Assembly (NCBI GenBank): GCA_043228905.1
Contig: JBHGNT010000001.1
Span: forward strand, 28,644,001 to 28,708,000
DNA: 64,000 nt
From: Azolla caroliniana
Lineage: Eukaryota > Plantae > Polypodiophyta
Direction: 5' to 3'
Shown here: positions 55,117-64,000 of the stretch, piece by piece
Position numbering within the stretch: position 1 is the stretch's first letter
Layout of the letters: each line of letters opens with the position of its first letter
Program-made: the position numbers and the translations under genes
Notes under the pieces: model-generated
Told to the model about the DNA's origin: nothing
The model's input: only the letters and a program-made list of their open reading frames with translations
The model's database searches: none

Positions 55117-57837
55117 GCATTGGATCATGCTTTGACTAGTTTCATGTCATCGGTTACTCTAAAGGAGCAAGTGCATCCATACCATTGTTGATTGAATGAA
55201 AGTGGTAACATGGAATGTGAGAGGAGAGTGAGAGGAGAATGTTCTCCTCATAAGAAGTATATATTATGGGAAACTTTGTTAAGTAAAGAATGGGATGTAT
55301 TATGTGCAGTTGAGCATAAGTGTCATGAGCTAGTAGTATCCACAGTTCATTTATGTGGATATTCATCATTCTACGCATGACATTTTAATAATGATTATTC
55401 AGGTGTGGTATTAATCATGCGGGATAAATATTATCCTCAAGTAGTGCATAATGATCCTTATGGTCGGTTTTTTGTTCTAGAAATCACTTTTTTTTTGCGA
55501 GGTTGTGTGGGTGGGTGGGATTTATGCTCCTAACCAAGCCACTCAACGAATTGCATTATGCGGCTCACTCCGTCAAACCCTATCTGTGGGTCATCCAGGC
55601 TTACTTATGGGTGATTTTAACATGTGTGTTGATGCATCTCAATCTACGTCTGAACATTCAATCATGATGATCCTGAGCAACTTGCTTGGGATTCATTGGC
55701 TATGGAGGCTCTGATGTTAGATGTTTGGACATGGTTGCATGGGAATGATCCAGGTTTTACTTTCCAATACGCTCAACATAGACAAACATGGAGTCGGTTA
55801 GATAGAATGTATGTGATGCACAATGATCTTTTTTACTGACATCACTTCCGAATCGTATGAAAGTTCTACAAGATGTAGGAACTTCAGATCACTTTCCTAT
55901 TTGTTTGGAGGTTTATAATCATGCAACTGACGTATATAAATCCTTACTTGGAAAGCCTCCATTACGCTTGAACTCTTCTCTTTTTCTTCAACCTCACTTT
56001 GATTCTCTCATGGAGCAAATTTTGGTAATTTTTTCAAAGCATGAGATATCATGTTCAATAGATTACAAAATTATTTGCCAAAGTTGATACATCTCGCCGA
56101 ATATGGTTTTATTGCAAGTAGGAATATATTGCATAATGTGTTGAATGTTCAAACGACCATGGATTATGCTCGAAATACTCATCAAGAATTGACTATGGTC
56201 CAATTAGATTTGGAGAAAGCTTATGATCATGTTAATTGGTCCTTTGTTTCTGGGTTAACACATACAATGGGCTTTGGACCTCGTATGTCTCGCCTCATAT
56301 TTTTATTAGGACAAGATGTGGCGTCTCGAGTAATGCTTAATGGGGGAGTTACATCAAATATTGCTCTCACAAGATCCATTCGTCAAGGATGCCCTCTTAG
56401 CCCACTGTTGTTTGCTATTGTTACTCATCCCTTGTTAGTAATGTTATCAAGGCTTGCAACAAATGGTGACATTGTGGGTCTACACCTTCCGTCTGGAGGG
56501 CAACTAGTAGCACAAGCTTTGGATAATGATTCTTTCATGTTTCTACAAGCCTCACGAGAGAATCTTGAGAAGGGGATGCTTATATGGAACCAATTTGCAT
56601 TGGCTTCCAGATTACATATTAATTGGAGGAAGTCTAGTCTCATATCATGTACTGAAAGGGATTTGGAATGTTTAGGATGACAAGGATCCGTGGTGAAGAA
56701 AAACTGTATTTTTCGACACTTGGGCTATCCATTAGGAATGAATGTTACAAATGGTCAATTGATTGATGAATGTCTGGTAAGTGGAGGGATAAGTTCATGT
56801 ATTGGAAGTCACAATGTTGGCCATTTCATGTAGCTTGAAGGTTGTACAATGTATTATGGAACCCCTGATATTATATTACTTGCCATTGTTGCCATGGACA
56901 AAGAAGACTTTGCATTCTATTTTGCAACCTCTTCGATATTTGTTGTGGAAGAAGAGGGATAAGATGGGAATCACTTGGGTTGTGTGGAATCATCTAGCAA
57001 CCCCTAAGCGCTTGGGGGGGACTGGAATATTGAACTTATCTAAGCATATGATGACTCATAGATTTTCATTATTACAAGACATGTGTTCAAACTCACAACC
57101 ATGGATATCTATTGTTCAATATTTCATTGAGAACAAGGTTTTAACACATGGGAGGACAACGATTAAGGCTTTATGGTGGCAATTACTGAATTAATGTATT
57201 TCACTTAGGGTTTCGAGCTCTACATGTGTTCAACACATCTTATGGCAAGAAGCACTGTTGTTATGTGTATGGAGCATTGTAATTCTTTGCAAAAAGAGTT
57301 GCTTGTGTCTTCTCGATTATTATGTTGGCCAGGAAAGGAGAGATTGCGATCTCAATTTAATCGTTTACAGTTTTGTTTGGGGGTCAAAGAGGTGGGAGAT
57401 ATAGTTCAGGCTCCATCTCAAAGAATTTTGGAGTTTGTTGAAGCACAACAATTATTGCGCATTCCGTCTAATTATGGGTTTATTTGGCAACAACTACAAA
57501 ATATTCCATTGATGCAAGGTCCCTTACCTCTACAAACAAGAGAACAACCGTGGATTGATTGGTGTTTAGAGGGACAAATGTCATTGTTACAAGTGACTAC
57601 TAATCTTTTGTATCATTGCTCTTTTGAGTCTCTTGGATGGTTATCATCTAAGACTGAAGAAGAATGGAGAATACACAAATCCGATCATGGGTGGTGGTAG
57701 ATCTTACAACATAGTTAACATTCTAAAATGCCACTTGTAGTAAAGGTCTTCATTTGGAGAGTTTTGATTGGAGGATTTCCTTTGGGATTAGCTCTAAAGC
57801 GTCGTGGACTAGCAACAGGTAATTGCGTTTTTTGCAC

Positions 57838-58820
57838 TGTCTGAAGATCCGTCACTATGTGCGGATCGCGAGGCGGAACCGCCGGGGTTCTGGACCGGAA
57901 GGACTCGAAGTATGCACTAACTTTAGCGAGAAAGGAATTTAAGATAGTTTGAGAGAGTTTGAGATTAATAGGAGATTTAAACGCTTGACTTTAGGTTGAC
58001 AAAGATTGATATGGTGAGAGAGAGATAGAGAGTGAGAGAGCTGAGATCGAACTTTTAACTTTAGGTTTAAGAGACAAGATACATCAACAATAGGGTTACA
58101 AGTTTCTTATTTGATCATCCAAAAAATTTGCATTAGTCCTTTCATCTTTCTCCCCCCTCTTTTATAAATGCCCTCATGCATGTGAGGGTACAAGACATGC
58201 ATAAAATGCATGTTTGCCATTTGGCGCTCATGTATTACATGTGGTGCATGATAACCATGTCACTCATTTTAGCTCTCATGTATGAGAATTTACATGTAAA
58301 GTTACAATGATAAAATTACAATTATAAGAAAATGGGTTGGCTTAGTGGTAAGCCTATTGACTCTCAACTTGGAGGTGCAAGGTTCAAATCCTTACTTTCC
58401 CTCCTTTTGCATATGTATATATATTTGTTTATTTATTTATCCATCTAGCCGTCGGTCGCCGTTTACCGTTCAGTCGCCATCGGCTCTGTCACTGGTCCGG
58501 TTTTGGTTGCAAGTAGCCAAGCACCCATTCATCCAATAACTTAGTTCAAGTCACCTTGATCTCTCTATGATCCACACATAGACACAAACATAATAGCTTT
58601 TGCTCTACCTTATATATAGTGAGATCTTTATTTATCCTGTCTATATGGGATATCTCACAATTTTATTTTTCTCTTTGTCTTTGCAAACTTCCTACCCACA
58701 TAAGTTGACACTTAGATGTTTGTTTCTTATGTAGTAAAGTGCATCCGAAAGCTTTTCAAGACCTCCATCTTTTTGTAGTTTTATGTGATTTTGACACCAT
58801 TGTTGAAAATCTTCACGACA
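57838..58820 (-). mobile_element. Probable solo LTR of a second family, inserted in the L1 zinc-finger region
   Basis: 983 bp with ends TGTC-TGAAGAT...ATCTTCACGACA (imperfect inverted termini), flanked by gcac/acac. Removing it restores GNCVFCTVQMED. A minus-strand TATAAAA lies near 58165. Confidence 0.72.
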
Positions 58821-59899
58821 ACACTGTTCAAATGGAAGATAATACTCATCGATTTATACAATGTCCAATTGCTTGTCAGATTTGGAGTTACATTTCTCAA
58901 ATTTGGCAAGTCTTATCACGGTGTTATTTGACACCTAGACAGTGGGTGTTTGCACAATTTACACAGGTTGACCCAAAATCAAAGATGGAGATCGTTTTTC
59001 TATTTTTGAGATATTGGGGATTGCGTCATAATTGGAATATGCACAACTCTTTTGTATTCAATGGTAGACATGGAGTGAAAGCATATCTACGAAAGTTGAA
59101 AGGAGTACTAATGTGGCAATTTTCTTTATTGGAGCAAGTAGAAATTCTTTCCTCGATGGAGTGTTTGTCTTGCCTATTGACAATTCAACATGTTCCACTA
59201 CCCATGTAGTGTAGTTAGTGAGTGACCATATTCCATTGTCACACCCATTGTAAGTAGTGTTTTTACACACATTTATTAATATAATTGTGTGTTTTCACCA
59301 GAGAGAGAGAGAGAGAGAGAGAGATTGTAAAAGAGCAACATGTTATTGTCAAAGGGAGCATTTAGACATCTGGCTCAAGCTTCATAGAGTAATGCATAAT
59401 GCACTCCTGAAAGGATCATATGCTCATGCAATAAAATTGTGAATAGAAGACAAGCCCACTTAGGTGTACATACATTGGACAAGCACAAGCTTAATCAAGG
59501 GGGAAACAAGCACAAGTATACAAAGAAGCGCGCAACTAGAAAACTTTAATAACCCATGCACCATGCTAAAAATTAGCTCTTGCTTTGAGGAATGGCCATG
59601 TTATGATTAGAAGAAGTTTGTGTTCAAGTATGAATTCACACATTAGAGAAGACCACACCCTCATGACAAGAAGCCCAAAGCTCTAACAAAGAGCATGTAA
59701 TAACTCCAACACAAACCTTTAAGGAGATGGTAATTTCTTCATACGACAAGCACAATCAAAAGTAACAAAATGCTAACACATTCTTAAATAGAAACAAACA
59801 TGCATGATAAGTGAACAATGTGTAATCCAACAAAGAGCATATATCACATTTACCCACTTAGGCAATTTGAATGCCATTAGAATATAAAGTAATTGTAGC

Positions 59900-61200
59900 A
59901 CAATTGTATGACCAAGATAAATGCCAATTCAAAATGGAATATGGAATATGGTTTCTCGAAGTACTTCTTGAGGAACATGGGGTTTGACCAAGGATATCCA
60001 CTATATCTGAAACTCTTTGGTCTATGGATTGATAAACAAGAAGAAATAGTAAATGATGTTGCAAAAGAAGAAGGTTTAGATGGCCCAAAACTCATGCAGG
60101 AGCTGAATATTATACTCATATTTTTTATGATGTTGTGCTATTCTCATATACCACATATGCTATGCAACAATTTCTTGGTGTATTGGAAAACATTATTTCA
60201 AATCATTTGTTGGATAATTGACATTGGTCAATATATACAAAACAAAATTGTGGCAATAAATACAATACAACCAAGAAACTACCCCACTCCTACATACGAG
60301 GGAGAACCAACTGAAGTGGTGCAAAGCTTCAAATATCTTGGTACTAATGTCCAATCGATAAATAGCTCAGATCTATGCTACAAGTCTAGGCTTTAATAAG
60401 GTTGGAGTAGTTACTATATGTTTGAGACCATTTAATAAGTGTTGCTTTATGGAATGGAAGTGTGGGATTGCTCTATCTCACTTAATGCATTGATTGAAAT
60501 AGACAAATTTCAAAAATTGTTCTTACTAAGCAATTGAGAGTTGTTAAATCTTCAACATCCTATCGTGTCATGCCATTAGAAACAAGTGGTCAGCCTAGAG
60601 AGTGTTAGCCATGCAAAGAGTACACAAAAAATGTCATAAAAATAAAAAATATGGCCATGGTCGATCATAATTGCCGAAACATGCTTGGATCATAAGAAGC
60701 AAGGTACAAATAACCAATAAGAACAAAATTCCCTCATATAGTTAGGTGCTTCACATTATAAAATGGTTTAAAAGATTCGGAATAGAAGATTCATTGGAGC
60801 TCTCATATCATGTTATTAAGTATCTGATCATTGAGTATAGATTACTAGATGCATTGATGATGAAGTGGCAAGATGCCAAATTGTCAAAATTGGAATAATA
60901 CATTGCAAATTTTAAGCCTTAATGTTGACTTCAACACAATATAACAATGCATCCAACTACATCTCATTACACATCTTCACACTTGGCTCTCGATGAGCCC
61001 TAGCACATCTTCACACTTGCCCACACAATTCATGAGTTGAGGCAATGTGGCCTCACCACCCAAGTATGAAGGTATGCAAAGGTATGTGATGAAAGCCTAG
61101 TAGAGGATGAATATCACTTCTAACATGTTCAACATATAATTTATTTTGTGAGAAGTATAATGATTTGTTAGATGGGCATGAGTCATGACCATTTAAGTGT
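59900..61200 (+). mobile_element. Degenerate RTE-like LINE fragment
   Basis: QGYPL..LFGLWID, YEGEPTEVVQSFKYLG, LLYGMEVW and a decayed C-terminal EDEYH. Confidence 0.65.
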
Positions 61201-61768
61201 CATACTCATATCTCCACTAAGAAAAGTGAGCATGTAGGTGTCTAATATATGGGTAAAAGGATCAGGTAACTAATGTGCAAACAATGAAAATTATAAGCCA
61301 ACAAGCTTTTAGATAGCATGACACCTTAAAACCCCAAAAATGACGTAGTTGTTGCCCTAAAAAAGGACCAAGAGAATTGATGATGCAAATTGAAAGAAAT
61401 AGGAAAAACACATAGTTCAGTGGCTATTAGAAGTTGCATATTATTACATGTTCATTTCATGATCTATTTGGAGAACATGAAGATGTTGATGATGACGATA
61501 CAAGAATACCAAAATTCTTAGAATACAAGGTACCAACCAATTGATATCCTCTATTGGAATACAACATTCACCTGCGCCCTTTACTATTACAAGGATTATC
61601 AGTAATTACTTTGGAGGCAGAGTGAAACACAATATGTTGTCAAGAGCTCTCACTGTCGGGTGCTTTCATTGAAAGCCCATATACACATGAACCTCTAGTA
61701 CGTGTGAAATTGGTGACAACCATACACGAAACCTTTACAAAATGATGTGGGGTAGTTTCCTTCTTTAT

Positions 61769-63923
61769 CTAAAAAGTGGTATACACACGAATAAGGTTAG
61801 ATCCACTTGGGTCAACCATTAAGTGCCGAACCAATCGATAACGCAACTCATTTGGAGCAATAATGAAAGTGATTACGGCAAACCAGATAAGCTCTAGTGA
61901 TGAGAGATTGGCCCCAAGAAAACCTTTCCACAACCTGATTCATCAAAAATAAACTCGACTTTCAGATTCTACATTACCTTGGGGGAAAAAGGTGTGAATA
62001 CAAATTTAAGGATTTGTGTCCATTCACTAACCAATCAGGTAGGTCAAGGAAAGTATTGAAGAACATCCTTGTGCCAGCTACATCTAGCTGCAAAATCAAC
62101 TCCAAACCAAACATGAAAAATGCTCGCTGCCGCTTTCTTTCTGTTGGCCATAGAGCATCCCATGCTGTATTGCATTCATTATAGAAAAAAAGGTTTCATT
62201 CGCATGCTATAGAAAGCAGTTCACATTGGTTTTTTTGAAGGCATCAAATTTTATATACAGTAGAAAGGATAGAAGACCTTGCAATGCTGCAGCTTTTGCA
62301 GATATTTGTGGTACTCTGCTTGGATTGTTGCTGTTGGATCCTGATCTCAATGCTGAAGCTATTGCAGCAGCATATGCTGGTGCTTCCGATAATGAGCGAA
62401 CAACTGAATAGCCTGCAAGGTGACAACTAGGATCTTGATGAATGCGGAGATAGATAGCCCCTGACTGTTAGAGGCTCTCTCTTCTTTCTACCATTTATCT
62501 TTACCTGTGGCAGGATGTACCATACTTGCAGCTGCACCAAAACCTAAATGTTGTTGTGTAGTGTCTGGTATTGAAACACCAACTGGAATATAGGACCATT
62601 CCTGTCATTGAACTCCAAAAATGAAGAATATATGGATTCCATACTGAATATCAATATAATGATTTCACCCACATGATATCAATTTGTTGAGAGTTACCTC
62701 TTCCAAAACTTCTGTAATTTTGACATTCATTTTTTTCAGCCGCTTATAAAGTCTGTCCTTCAATTTTCCAAAGGGCAGTAAGGGCCTTGCTGCCAAACAT
62801 GTCTCCTGTGTGAAGAAAAAACATGCTAAGGGTAGCGCAAATAAAGCTAAATGTTCTCTTTAAAGTTTACCAGAAAAGCATTCATAGAAAGCTCACCTCA
62901 AAAAACACCTGAGTGGATGACATTGGCATTACATACAAAAATGATGGGGGTCCCTCTTCAGGGTTGTCATCATAATCTCTATAATCCATAAAAACCATTG
63001 ATCTGGGATCATATGGGCAGCACTCAACCTGAAACAGACGAGATGCAAGTTTGGGCCACCAAAAAAGGAAACATACTTTTTGTCTGTGCATCACACATGA
63101 TCATATACACCTTTCTTTCATCATAGAGAAGAACAAAAGCTCACATTGACTTCTATGCCATATGCAGTCTGTACACATATCTCAGGCCCTCCTCCCTCAT
63201 AATTGAGGAATCTCCCAGATGCTGCACCTGAGGCAGCAGTGACAAGTCTAGAGGAAATACAGATTCATATGAGTGGCAACTTCTAAAACATAAACAAACA
63301 AATAGGAAAATAGATAGAAAACCAGGCATACCGACAAGACAGAAGCATTCCATTCTCACATAAGACAACACTCCCTCTTTCATTTTCCTCCACTATTTTT
63401 TCCACCTTGGATTCAAGGTATTTTACACCTGCGTCTGCACACCTAGATGGGCAAATAAACAGGATTCATTTAGATAATAATCCAACCATATATTTAAAAT
63501 AATACTCTTGTCAGAATATATTACTCTCCACCTTCTCAACAACTCTTCACGTAATCTTTGCCGGCTAACTCGGCCATATGATCTCCGCATGTTTATAGGA
63601 CTACTTGAGTCCAAGTATACAACAGTATCTTTCCAGGCATGTTCAATGCAATTTTCAAGCCCCAGAGCTGTAGAAACAGACAGTCAATAGTTGGATTAGA
63701 TTCTTTCTTCTATTTATTAGTTGACAGCAATAACAGGAAATATACGCGTACCTGTGAATTCTTCTTCCCACACACCATAATTGTTTGTAAAAGGCAAATC
63801 AGGACCTATGATTCCCACAGTTAGACCTTGTTTAGCTGCCTCAGCTGCCAATGATAATCCTGCTGGCCCACAACCGATCACTATCAGATCCAAAATAGAT
63901 TCATTCTCCTGGATAAGCTCCAA
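61769..63923 (-). CDS. LCYE: Lycopene epsilon-cyclase, 3' exons; the 5' end lies beyond the window
   Basis: Many short exons: DLIVIGCGPAGLSLA..GPDLPFTNNYGVWEEEF, YGRVSR, PYDP..MVFMDYRDY, FFEETCL, EWSYIPVG, FGAAASMVHPATGYSVVRSLSEAP, RKRQRAFFMFGL and WKGFLG..DPSGSNLIRVYTTF*. The intron-rich structure fits epsilon- rather than beta-cyclase. Confidence 0.92.
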
Positions 63924-64000
63924 CTGCAATTATGCACGAACAAATAAAACAATTAGCATTTAAAGGATGTCATAACATAAAACTCAACATGGCACTTCAT

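Larger units (their letters stand above)
48491..59300 (+). mobile_element. Degenerate L1-like LINE interrupted by two insertions
   Basis: ORF1 remnant with CFGCGEWDHFMEEC; endonuclease motifs IYAPN, MGDFN, SRLDR and SDHFPI; RT motifs LDLEKAYD and IRQGCPLSPLLF; C-terminal CVFC..ED..H.FIQC split at 57838-58820. Confidence 0.87.

Overview
Eukaryotic, intron-rich land-plant nuclear DNA. A seed-free plant such as a fern is my inference from the gene sequences and the Tcn1-like retroelement. Genes, in order: the 3' end of a DHHC S-acyltransferase (+), a SPA1-family kinase/coiled-coil/WD40 gene (-), an early-nodulin-like phytocyanin (-), a three-CRM-domain organellar splicing factor (+), a KxDL/KXD1 gene (-), mitochondrial IscA2 (-), and the 3' part of lycopene epsilon-cyclase (-). 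The segment 19.9-29.0 kb is a deleted, rearranged tandem duplicate of 29.0-62.1 kb. It carries CRM, KXD1 and LCYE pseudogene pieces and a 74-bp exon-derived inverted repeat. The segment 46.9-59.3 kb is a nest of retroelements between two (GA)n tracts: an RTE-like LINE, an L1-like LINE, a very young full-length chromovirus and a solo LTR. The most unusual signals are (1) tRNA-like A/B-box cassettes inside two unrelated LTRs, (2) a self-priming PBS and a -1 frameshift pseudoknot in the chromovirus, and (3) the KXD1-derived hairpin. Exon boundaries and alignments were made by eye and may be off by a few bases.
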